This document shows positions 37,396 through 45,199 of a stretch of DNA of 64,000 nucleotides, one piece after another. The notes below the pieces were generated by a model, which had not been told where the DNA came from, did no database searches, and saw nothing but the letters and a program-made list of their open reading frames with translations. A program made the position numbers and the translations under genes. Numbering within the stretch: the first letter of the stretch is position 1; every line of letters starts with the position of its first letter. This stretch comes from Gaiellales bacterium (GTDB lineage: Bacteria; Actinomycetota; Thermoleophilia; Gaiellales; Gaiellaceae), in contig JBBQHQ010000001.1 of assembly GCA_038324115.1 (NCBI GenBank), positions 3,280 to 67,279 of the forward strand, written 5' to 3'.

Positions 37396-39921
37396 TCAGC
37401 TTGAGGCTTCCTCCGAGGTTCGCCCTCCATCTCCGTCTCCCTGCATGATCTCCTCGACGAGGTGGCGGATCTCGCCCTCGAGCTCCGCAGACTCGGCCGT
37501 GGAGGCGCCCTCGGCGTAGATGTGGAGCAGCGGCTCGTCGGGATCGGGCAGCACCTGGGTCCAGCCGCGCTCGGAGCTGAGCTTGATCCCGTCGGTCAGG
37601 TCGAGGTCGCGCCCCGCGAGCTGCTCGTTCAGCAGGCGCATCACGAGGCCCTTCTTCGCCCACGGGCAGGCGAGCTGGCGGTGGATCAGCGTCGAGGCAG
37701 GCAGTTCCGCGACGAGCTCGGAGAGCGGCCGGCCGGCAGGCGCGAGGAGCTCGAGCAGCTTGACGAGGGAGGCGACCGCATCGTAGGCCGGGAGGAACTG
37801 CGGGAAGACGTACCCGCCGCCGACCGCGCCCGCGAAGACGACGCCGTCGCCGGACGCCGCGCGGGTGAGGTCGGCGAGCGAATGCGGCGTCCGCACGACC
37901 TCGAGCGAGCCGTTCACGAGCGCATCGACCTGGCTCGTGACGGTGACGGGGAAGGCGACCTTCCCCGTGGCGCCGCGGTCGCCGAGCAGCTTGAGGAAGA
38001 GGAGCAGCGTCTGCTCGACGGGCACCGCCTTGCCCTGGTCGTCCACGAGGAACAGTCGTTCGGCCGCCGTGTCGAAGACGGCGCCCAGGTCGGCGCCCAC
38101 CGCGGTGACGAGGCGCTTCGTGTTTCCGATCGCCTGCGTCAGGGTCTGCCGGCTCGCCGACTCCTCCGCGAAGAAGCCATGGGCGGAAATCGCCTCGACG
38201 CCGAGCGGCCCGACGACGAGCGGGAGCACGAACGAGGCCGCGGAATAGCCGTAGTCGACGACGAGCCGGAAGTTCCGCTCACGGACCGCGTCCCGGTCGA
38301 GCTGGTCGAGCAGGTCCTGGGCGTAGCTCTCGCGCACCCGGGCCGGGTAGGAGACCGTGCCGACGCTGTCCGAGGCGACGCGCCGGATCTCCTGGCGGGT
38401 GAAGTTCTTCTCGATCTCCTTCTGGAGCGAGGCGGTGAGCAGGATCCCCGGCGGCTCGTAGATCCGGATGAAGACGGCCTCGGGATCGAGATGGCTGGTG
38501 CCGACGTGGATCGCAGCGTCGAACGCCTGCGTCTTCAGGACGTGCCGGCTGACCGCGGGCGACGAGACCCTGAGGTCGGCGACGTTGACGCCCGTCGCGT
38601 TCAGGCCCGAGATCAGGCAGCGCTTGATCATCCGGCAGGCGCCGCCGGAGTCGCGGCTGGCGACCACGCGACCGCCGCGCTTCAACGCCGTGCCGAGCGC
38701 CGCCGCGAGCCGGACGGCCGTCTCCGGGGTCAGGTCGACGTTGACAAGCCCCTCCACCCCGTCCTTGCCGAACAGGCGCGAGGAGGCTCGCGACTCCCAG
38801 ATCAGGTTCTCGTACACCTGGGAGCCCGTCTCCACCTCCTTGTAGGGGTAGATCCGGACGTGCGGCATGATGCTGGACTCGGAGCCGATCGTGACCTCGT
38901 CGCCGATCGCGACGCCCTCCTGGATCCGGACGTGGTCACGGATGTCGCAGGAGCGGCCGATGATCGCGCCGTCGATCACGGTGCTGCGGCCGATGTGGGT
39001 GGACGAGTCGATCACCGTCCGGGTCGTCCGGGCCCGTTCGCGCAGGGTGACGCCGCTGGAGAGGATGGTGTAGGGCGCGACGGTGGCGTCGCGGGCGATC
39101 CGGGCGTTCGTGCCGATGTACGCCGGGCCCTCGACCCCCTCGACATCGTCGATCTCCGCGCCCTCGCCGATCCAGACGTTGCCGCGGAGCCGGATCCCGC
39201 CGATCTCGAGGTGCACCTTCTCGTCGAGAGCGTCGAAGTTCGCCTCGCGGTACTGGTCGAGGTTCCCGATGTCCTGCCAGTAGCCGTCCATGACGAAGCC
39301 GTACAGCGGGCGGCCCATCTCGAGCAGGAGCGGGAAGAGCTCCTTGGAGAAGTCGTAGGGCCCTTCCGTCGGGATGTGCTTGAGCACCTCCGGCTCGACG
39401 ACGTAGATCCCGGTGTTGATCGTGTCGGAAAACACCTGTCCCCACGACGGCTTCTCCAGGAACCGCTCGATCTTGCCGTCCTCGTCGGTGACGACGATCC
39501 CGAACTCGAGCGGGTTGTCCACCGACTTGAGCCCGATCGTGACCGAGGCGCCCTTCTCCTTGTGGAAGGCGACGAGCGCGCCGAGGTCGACGTCGCAGAG
39601 CGCGTCGCCGGAGATGACGAGGAAGGTCTCGTCGAGTGCGTCGCTCGCGAGCCGGACCGAGCCGGCCGTCCCGAGCGGCAGCTCCTCGACCGAGTACTGG
39701 ATGTTCAGGCCGAGAGCCTCGCCGGTCCCGAAATAGCTCCGGATCGCCTGCGGCAGGAACGCCAGCGTCACGACGACGTCCTCGAAGCCGTGTCGTTTGA
39801 GCAGGTCGAGGATGTGCTCCATGCAGGGCTTGCCCACGATCGGGACCATCGGCTTCGGCTGGTTCGACGTCAGCGGGCGCAGGCGGGTGCCCTCGCCGCC
39901 GGCCTTCACGACGGCCTTCAC
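37396..39921 (-). CDS. Bifunctional sugar-phosphate nucleotidyltransferase (mannose-1-phosphate guanylyltransferase-like) + phosphomannomutase/phosphoglucomutase-family protein, 841 aa
   Basis: N-terminal [23 protein letters not shown] and a left-handed beta-helix region. C-terminal half is PGM/PMM-like. GTGA overlap with the pgsA-like gene. Confidence 0.8.
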   Translation of the reverse strand: MKAVVKAGGEGTRLRPLTSNQPKPMVPIVGKPCMEHILDLLKRHGFEDVVVTLAFLPQAIRSYFGTGEALGLNIQYSVEELPLGTAGSVRLASDALDETFLVISGDALCDVDLGALVAFHKEKGASVTIGLKSVDNPLEFGIVVTDEDGKIERFLEKPSWGQVFSDTINTGIYVVEPEVLKHIPTEGPYDFSKELFPLLLEMGRPLYGFVMDGYWQDIGNLDQYREANFDALDEKVHLEIGGIRLRGNVWIGEGAEIDDVEGVEGPAYIGTNARIARDATVAPYTILSSGVTLRERARTTRTVIDSSTHIGRSTVIDGAIIGRSCDIRDHVRIQEGVAIGDEVTIGSESSIMPHVRIYPYKEVETGSQVYENLIWESRASSRLFGKDGVEGLVNVDLTPETAVRLAAALGTALKRGGRVVASRDSGGACRMIKRCLISGLNATGVNVADLRVSSPAVSRHVLKTQAFDAAIHVGTSHLDPEAVFIRIYEPPGILLTASLQKEIEKNFTRQEIRRVASDSVGTVSYPARVRESYAQDLLDQLDRDAVRERNFRLVVDYGYSAASFVLPLVVGPLGVEAISAHGFFAEESASRQTLTQAIGNTKRLVTAVGADLGAVFDTAAERLFLVDDQGKAVPVEQTLLLFLKLLGDRGATGKVAFPVTVTSQVDALVNGSLEVVRTPHSLADLTRAASGDGVVFAGAVGGGYVFPQFLPAYDAVASLVKLLELLAPAGRPLSELVAELPASTLIHRQLACPWAKKGLVMRLLNEQLAGRDLDLTDGIKLSSERGWTQVLPDPDEPLLHIYAEGASTAESAELEGEIRHLVEEIMQGDGDGGRTSEEASS

Positions 39922-40481
39922 AGCGTTGCTCCCTGCGCGTACGTGCGCCGGGCCTCGGCGACGTAGAGCACGGCCGCGGCGAGGGCGAGCCCGAGTGCAA
40001 CCCAGAAGAGCCAGAGCGGCCAGCGGGTCGCGTGGCCGGTGACGGTGAGGATCCCGACCGCGAGGTACAGGAGCCAGGTGGCTGCCTTGCCAAGGGTGCT
40101 GACGGAGAGCTCGACGCCGCGGGGCATGAGTAACCGATACCCACCGACGAGGATCACGTCACGCAGGAGGATCGGCACCGCCCCGTACCAGGGGAGCTTC
40201 CCCTCGGTCCAGAGCAGGATCACGGCGGCGTCGATCATCAGCCGGTCGGCGAGCGGGTCCGCGAGCTTGCCGAAGCGCGACTCGACGCGCCAGCGCCGGG
40301 CGAGGAAGCCGTCCACCTGGTCGGTGACGCCCGCGACGAGGAAGATCCACCCGGCCGCCCAGCTGGAACCGTCGCCCGCAGCGATGTAGACGAGGACGAA
40401 GACCGGGATCAGCGCGAGCCGGAGGATCGTCAGCGCATTCGGAAGCAGCGCGAGCGGAGCGGAGACTGCGCGTGCTGCCAT
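39918..40481 (-). CDS. pgsA: CDP-alcohol phosphatidyltransferase family protein
   Basis: ATG at 40481. Motif [27 protein letters not shown] (D-x2-DG-x2-AR..G-x3-D-x3-D). The upstream part of ORF 39918..40895 is shadow. Confidence 0.8.
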   Translation of the reverse strand: MAARAVSAPLALLPNALTILRLALIPVFVLVYIAAGDGSSWAAGWIFLVAGVTDQVDGFLARRWRVESRFGKLADPLADRLMIDAAVILLWTEGKLPWYGAVPILLRDVILVGGYRLLMPRGVELSVSTLGKAATWLLYLAVGILTVTGHATRWPLWLFWVALGLALAAAVLYVAEARRTYAQGATL

Positions 40482-40546
40482 GCCCGAAGGATACGGCGAT
40501 TCGCTGCGCTGCTTTCCGCATGGTCGTCCGGCGGCCCCGCGCCGGC

Positions 40547-41563
40547 TTAGGGGGCCAGGGCGCGCGAGCGGGCGAAGCGTCCGGTCCAGTAGGCCGTGCG
40601 GTCGAGATAGGACGTCTCGGCAGCGGTGCCTCGCTTCCCCCACGCCCCGTCGTAGCTCGCGTACCCGCGCTGCCTGGGCCGCGCCGGCTCGATCTGGGTG
40701 CCCTCGTGCCACTCGTTGTAGCTCGTGATCGTGACGAGGTCGGGCTTCGACTCGATCGCCCCCTGCCACATCCCGTCGTAGGTGGCGCCGTTGCGGCGCG
40801 ACTTCAGGCGCCCGTCTCCCGTGGCTCGCCTGGCGTCGTAGCCAGGCCCGACGGACGGCGCGCAGAGCAGGCCGAGCCTGTGGGCCTGGTCGCACAGCCG
40901 CGCGAAGAGGTTGCCGTCGAAGAGCAGGACGTCGTAGGTGTAGATGCCGTCGAACCCCCCCGCGGCCGCCGTTCCGGCGAGGTTCCAGTTAGCGAACACG
41001 CGGACGTCCTTGTCGAGCGAGGCGTTCAGTGCGGCCCAGTCGGTGTCGGGGACGAGCGACGAGGCCCAGAGGTAGAAGTCCCGGAGCCCGAGCGAGCGCA
41101 GCGCCGCGATGTCGAGGGCGACGCTCTCGGCGGTCCGGCCGCCGTAGGGCTCGATGTGGGCGGCGACGGTGAGCCCGTTCCGACTCGCAGCCGCGATCAC
41201 CTTGGGCAGCCGCTGGTCCTCGATCGTCCCCCGCCCCCACCAGGAGACGATCACACTCGTGACCCCGGACGCGGCGATCTCCCGCATCTGGGCGGAGACC
41301 ACGAGCTCGTCGGCCGAGGAGTACGGTCCGCGGGCCGGGTAGTACCCGGACGAGATCGCCGCCGGCGGTCGCGCCCCGCCCTGCTGCCAGTGGGCGTACT
41401 CCCCGTCCCGCTGCTCGGTCGAGAACCAGGGGTAGTAGAAGATCCCCGTCTCCGCGGCGAGCGCCTCGTGCGGACCGCCGAACCGGTCGGCCTGCGCCGC
41501 CGCACCGCCCGAGAAGCTCAGGCAGGCGAGCGCGAAGAGGGGGAGGAGCGCCGCAGGTCTCAC
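40547..41563 (-). CDS. Secreted glycoside hydrolase, GH99-like (endo-alpha-mannosidase family)
   Basis: Signal peptide MRPAALLPLFALACLSFSGGAAAQA. FYYPWF..HW at the N-terminus. ITSYNEWHEGTQIEP resembles the GH99/MANEA signature as I recall it. Confidence 0.6.
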   Translation of the reverse strand: MRPAALLPLFALACLSFSGGAAAQADRFGGPHEALAAETGIFYYPWFSTEQRDGEYAHWQQGGARPPAAISSGYYPARGPYSSADELVVSAQMREIAASGVTSVIVSWWGRGTIEDQRLPKVIAAASRNGLTVAAHIEPYGGRTAESVALDIAALRSLGLRDFYLWASSLVPDTDWAALNASLDKDVRVFANWNLAGTAAAGGFDGIYTYDVLLFDGNLFARLCDQAHRLGLLCAPSVGPGYDARRATGDGRLKSRRNGATYDGMWQGAIESKPDLVTITSYNEWHEGTQIEPARPRQRGYASYDGAWGKRGTAAETSYLDRTAYWTGRFARSRALAP

Positions 41564-41810
41564 CGACGCCCGAGGCTACACCGCCCGTCGGCCGGTTTCT
41601 ACCCCTTTACGGAGGTTCGGGCAGGACCATGTGCCTGAAGAGACGAAAACCCCGCCTGAGCAGGGTCTTCGAAGGTCGGGCCGCGGAGCCATGCGGGCTT
41701 GAGGTGCGTCGGCAGGGCCGGCGATGGCTTGGCTCAGGGAAGGCGGTTTCCGGTCGTTTGGGCCAAGAGTGGGCCACGCTCAGAGGCGGGCGCGGCACTC
41801 GCAGCGGAGG

Positions 41811-42338
41811 CTAGAGACCGGTCTGGTTCACGCCGTACACCGCCTGCTGCTCGGTGTAGCCCTCGTACATCAGCTGCGCGATGAGTCCGGAGCGGGAGAA
41901 CGCGCTGGTGTCAAGGTAGGCCTTGGCAGCCTTGGCAGCCTGCTCGTTCCAGTTGGGGCTGACGGCGTCCACGGCGTAGGTGGCGTCCACGGTGGAGTAG
42001 CCCTCGTACTCCAGCTGTTTGATCAGGCCTTTCTGGGAGAACGCGCTGGTGTCGAGGTAGGACTCGGCGCTGCGCCGGGCATTTCTCTGACCGGCGGTCT
42101 CGTCCGGAGCCTCCTCATCCAGGGCGGCCTCTGCCGCCGCCGCCGCCTCTGCCGCCGCCGCCTCTGCCGCCGCCGCCTCTGCCTCTGCCTTCACGGCCTC
42201 GTCCTCGGATTTGGCGGTCTCCTCGATCTGGACGTTCTCGTTCGCCGCGTCGTCGCCCGATGCACATCCCGTCGCGCCCATACTGATCAACGCCGACACG
42301 ACGCACGCTGCCAGCACCCACTTGAACACCTTCTTCAC
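41811..42338 (-). CDS. Ltp-family lipoprotein (two 'host cell surface-exposed lipoprotein' repeats)
   Basis: GTG at 42338 with GAAGGAGGGG upstream. Lipobox MGATGC. An Ala/Glu linker. Two repeats: A[EK]xYLDTSAFS[QR]xGLIxQL.YEGY. Confidence 0.8.
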   Translation of the reverse strand: MKKVFKWVLAACVVSALISMGATGCASGDDAANENVQIEETAKSEDEAVKAEAEAAAAEAAAAEAAAAAEAALDEEAPDETAGQRNARRSAESYLDTSAFSQKGLIKQLEYEGYSTVDATYAVDAVSPNWNEQAAKAAKAYLDTSAFSRSGLIAQLMYEGYTEQQAVYGVNQTGL

Positions 42339-42388
42339 TTCACCCCTCCTTCGTTCCGGGTTGCCGTGCCTGGTGACTCGGAAGCCGG

Positions 42389-42943
42389 TTAGCCACGCGC
42401 CGAGCTTTCGCCGGCGACCCGTCGAATGATGCGTCCAGTTTCCTCGTCAACCCATTCCTCACTCACGCCGTCATCCCAAACTTCAGGCACGTCGCGCTTG
42501 TTTTGTGCGGCCCGCTCGAAGAGGTAGTAGCCGACAACGTTCCCCTGGACAGCAACGTTCTGTCCCGACGACATGAACTTGTCGCGGCTCTGCGATCCGA
42601 GCTCTTGGAAGACGAAGCTCCCATTCAGGAGTCTCCACCCTTCGCGGCACACAGAGTTGAGGATCTCCGTCGGGTCCGCGGTCTTCGTCGTCGTGTTTGA
42701 GCCAATCATCGCCACGATGATCGCGTCCTGATGAGCGACGTTGAACGAGTACTGGAAGACGTCGTCTCCGCGCTCGTAAGCTAGGCGCGCCTGACCTGCT
42801 GGCGTGCTGAAGAACTCCGCACGTAGACGCTCCTTCTGCTTCGCCCGCTTGTCGACCTCGGCTCGTGCGGCAGCGATCCCATGCTGCCGCGCTTTCTCAG
42901 CTTGTCGCTCTTCGCGCTCCTCCGGTGAACCTCGCTTGAACAC
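42389..42943 (-). CDS. Hypothetical protein (184 aa; basic coiled-coil N-terminus, globular C-terminal domain)
   Basis: Single long frame in a lower-GC region. GTG start without an obvious Shine-Dalgarno. No family recognised. Confidence 0.55.
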   Translation of the reverse strand: MFKRGSPEEREERQAEKARQHGIAAARAEVDKRAKQKERLRAEFFSTPAGQARLAYERGDDVFQYSFNVAHQDAIIVAMIGSNTTTKTADPTEILNSVCREGWRLLNGSFVFQELGSQSRDKFMSSGQNVAVQGNVVGYYLFERAAQNKRDVPEVWDDGVSEEWVDEETGRIIRRVAGESSARG

Positions 42944-43086
42944 TTGAGCAACAACTTATTCCGATTGCTGACAAGCGGCAACTGGATCCCCAAGTCCGAC
43001 GAACAGACGAAGGGCTCCGCGCCGCCCAGCGTCGTCTTCCGCGACAAGGCGGACGCGCTCGAGCGAAGGCTGCTCGGAGTTACCGC

Positions 43087-43425
43087 CTAGTCGAGCTTCG
43101 CCAGAGCCGCCCGGGCCTCGGCTAGGGCTCGGGCGGCCAAGTCTCGAGTTGGCTCGTCGGCCCGTAGCTCGGCCGCGACGAGCGCCCGAACGTTGGCCAG
43201 ATCGTCAAGGCCGACGAGCTTCGCTTCGAGTACCCGCTGTGCTACGTCACGACGATACGTCTTCGCTTCGCCCCATTCGATCGCCGCCTTGATCTCGGCT
43301 ACGGCTTCCACGACGGCGGCGAGCCGCGCTCTGTCTCCGTCCTTGCGCTGGCGCCACGCGAACCACGCGGCGGCCGATCCAGCCACCGCGGCGACGATCG
43401 AGAAGATGAGGTTCGCCATGGTCAT
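43087..43425 (-). CDS. Hypothetical single-pass membrane protein (112 aa)
   Basis: N-terminal TM LIFSIVAAVAGSAAAWFAW followed by an Ala/Glu/Arg-rich helical region. Confidence 0.55.
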   Translation of the reverse strand: MTMANLIFSIVAAVAGSAAAWFAWRQRKDGDRARLAAVVEAVAEIKAAIEWGEAKTYRRDVAQRVLEAKLVGLDDLANVRALVAAELRADEPTRDLAARALAEARAALAKLD

Positions 43426-43427
43426 TC

Positions 43428-43445
43428 CGGTAGAAAGTTCTACCG
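43428..43445. promoter_or_regulatory. 8-bp-arm palindrome CGGTAGAA-AG-TTCTACCG abutting the start codon of the 112-aa gene (operator or translational hairpin candidate)
   Basis: Ends 2 nt upstream of ATG 43425 on the coding strand. A further AGTTCTAC half-site lies at 43561-43568. Confidence 0.3.
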
Positions 43446-43602
43446 ATCTCCGCTTGCGGTCATTCGGTGCCGCTGCTGGAGCATGAGCGGCCCGCCGATC
43501 CGCCGCGCGGGGAGCAGCCGCGTAGATCCACCCGCCGATTCGCTCCAGTTCACCCCAGTGAGTTCTACTGCGTCGCCACGCGCCCCATCTCTACGGGTGA
43601 AG

Positions 43603-44661
43603 CTACCGCTTCTTCTTTCTCCGCTGGGCGCGATTCTGCCCACCCCCCGCCGCCTGCGCGGCCTGACGTGGGAACTGTGTAGGCGGCTGCGGAGGGGCAG
43701 CTTGCACCACCATCGTCGTGGCCGCTTGGATGAATGCTCTGCCCTTTTGATTCTCGATCAGCTTGAACGCGTTCGTGCCGCTTAGCGTGTGGCTCACCGC
43801 ATGGTGAACACTCAACACCAGGTCTTGGAGGGCGTCGTCCGCCTCAAGGTCTGTCACCTTTACGTTCTGGGCGCGAGCGTCGTCGCGGCTGACCCGCCGG
43901 CCGTGTGAGCCGAAATCAGCGAACTCTGCGAACCAATGCGCGGTCGCTGCAGATTTCGTTGGAGCGTCGGCCTCTCCAGCGAACATGTAGCGTTCCAGCC
44001 ACCGCGCCACGAGGTTTTCGGCCAAGGCCCGCTGGTAATCACACTGAGCGAGCAAGCCCGGACCGTATGCGCGCAGGATCGGAAGCCAGGCAGTAACGTT
44101 GGCAGGGTTCGCGGCGCACTGCGCCTTTGCCATCTCGAACTGGTCTTTGATCGCCTGGGCGGGGGCTGACCGTGGGCCTTCGGGAGTGAAAATCGTGAAC
44201 TGAGGGTCGATCGGTCCGAGTTGAGAGTGTGAACCCATCAGGATCTCGTCGGCCCCAAGCGCAACCATAGTCGCCGCGGACATGGCAGCTATCGGAACGA
44301 TCACGCGGATGTGGTCGAAGCGGCTCCGTAGGTACTCGACGATTGACTCCGCCGCCTCAGCACTACCGCCGGGCGAGTGGATAATGAGATCGAGGTCGCG
44401 CTCGTCGACGTTGGAGACGGCTTCCATAAAGCCTTGGACATCGGACAGGTTGATGGTGACCTGATCGCCGGTGAGCTGCTTGTGCTCCATCCAGGCTGTC
44501 GCGTAGACGATCGTCGCTCGACCCGTGTGCTTCGAAAGGTCCCGGAGGTAACGACGTCGCATAACGTCGTGCGGCGACATGCCCCCGAACTCGTCAGGGT
44601 TGGCCTCAGCCCGCTTCTGTAGCTCGCTGAGCTCCTTGAGGAGCTCACCCCAGGTGGGCAA
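43603..44661 (-). CDS. SDH-family Clp-fold serine protease (S49/ClpP-like) with a poly-basic C-terminal tail
   Basis: IIHSPGGSAEAAE and IAAMSAATMVALGADEILM resemble the oxyanion and nucleophile motifs of ClpP/SppA-fold peptidases. GPIDPQ. The tail is NRAQRRKKKR. TTG start lies 6 nt after the upstream stop. Confidence 0.7.
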   Translation of the reverse strand: MPTWGELLKELSELQKRAEANPDEFGGMSPHDVMRRRYLRDLSKHTGRATIVYATAWMEHKQLTGDQVTINLSDVQGFMEAVSNVDERDLDLIIHSPGGSAEAAESIVEYLRSRFDHIRVIVPIAAMSAATMVALGADEILMGSHSQLGPIDPQFTIFTPEGPRSAPAQAIKDQFEMAKAQCAANPANVTAWLPILRAYGPGLLAQCDYQRALAENLVARWLERYMFAGEADAPTKSAATAHWFAEFADFGSHGRRVSRDDARAQNVKVTDLEADDALQDLVLSVHHAVSHTLSGTNAFKLIENQKGRAFIQAATTMVVQAAPPQPPTQFPRQAAQAAGGGQNRAQRRKKKR

Positions 44662-44667
44662 CGATGC

Positions 44668-44853
44668 CTAGGTGTGAGTCGCGTATTCGACGGACGGCTG
44701 GGGAACCGTCGCGGCCGAGACTGCCGCGAAGTAGCGCTGCTCGATCTGCTCGTACACGGCCACAAGATCGCCGACGCCCGCCTCAGCCTGCTCGACTATT
44801 TCACGGATGTCATCATCCGTGACGGTGATCTCCCTCGTCTCGTGCTCGCTCAT
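44668..44853 (-). CDS. Hypothetical small acidic protein (61 aa), first gene of the island pair
   Basis: ATG with GAGGATGG 7 nt upstream. 13 Asp/Glu versus 3 Arg and no Lys. No family recognised. Confidence 0.6.
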   Translation of the reverse strand: MSEHETREITVTDDDIREIVEQAEAGVGDLVAVYEQIEQRYFAAVSAATVPQPSVEYATHT

Positions 44854-45052
44854 GCGATTCCATCCTCAGCAGTCGGTGACCAGACTTTAGCGGCGTTTCT
44901 CGGATTCCCTGGAATCATCGGCGATTCACGAGCCGGTGACAACCCCTCTGTCCAGACGAGAAGGGTTTGCTTGCCATCAGCGAACCCGCCAAGACCTGGC
45001 CGATGCTCGGCCGGCGAATGAGCCCGCCTCCGAGGATTGCCCCACGCAGAAA

Positions 45053-45069
45053 CCCCCAACTAGTGGGGG
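45053..45069 (-). terminator. Short hairpin plus U-run just after the tRNA-Pro 3' end
   Basis: On the minus strand: CCCCCA-CTAGT-TGGGGG followed by TTTC. Confidence 0.45.
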
Positions 45070-45079
45070 CTTCCGCTCA

Positions 45080-45154
45080 TCGGGGCGCCGAGATTTGAAC
45101 TCGGGACCTCTAGTCCCCCAGACTAGCGCGCTAACCAGGCTGCGCCACGCCCCG
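45080..45154 (-). tRNA. tRNA-Pro (anticodon GGG)
   Basis: 75-nt cloverleaf folded by hand: acceptor CGGGGCG/CGCCCCG, D stem GCGC/GCGC, anticodon stem CTAGT/ACTAG with loop CTGGGGG, T arm CCGAG-TTCAAAT-CTCGG, discriminator A. CCA is not encoded. Confidence 0.95.
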
Positions 45155-45199
45155 CGACGCCCCGCACGGTAGCAAGCGGGATCGCGCCCCGTGCCCGAC

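Larger units (their letters stand above)
41811..45046 (-). other. Lower-GC accessory island of five minus-strand genes abutting tRNA-Pro and its terminator
   Basis: Hand counts of lines 42481, 42961 and 44281 give 60-62% GC, against 75-80% for lines 20041 and 46201. Codon usage has many A/T-ending codons. None of the five products is housekeeping. Confidence 0.6.

Noticed and set aside
41645-41752. Possible structured ncRNA (SRP-RNA-like GGAAGG, long-range stem CCGCCTGAGC/GCTCAGG..GGCGG) between the island and the GH99 gene. It includes a partial core match, AGGGTCTTCG at 41662-41671.
   Set aside because: The closing stem is only 6+4 bp with a 5-nt bulge. The SRP domain IV consensus is not matched. 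The core match is a 10-mer with a gap. The region may simply be the Ltp-gene terminator and GH99 promoter. It needs a covariance-model scan to revisit.
41564-45079. Calling the lower-GC island an integrative mobile element or prophage inserted in tRNA-Pro.
   Set aside because: No integrase, recombinase or transposase ORF was found. By eye there is no direct repeat of the tRNA 3' end at the distal border. The tRNA has its own terminator hairpin between it and the island. Only 'foreign-looking island' is supportable.
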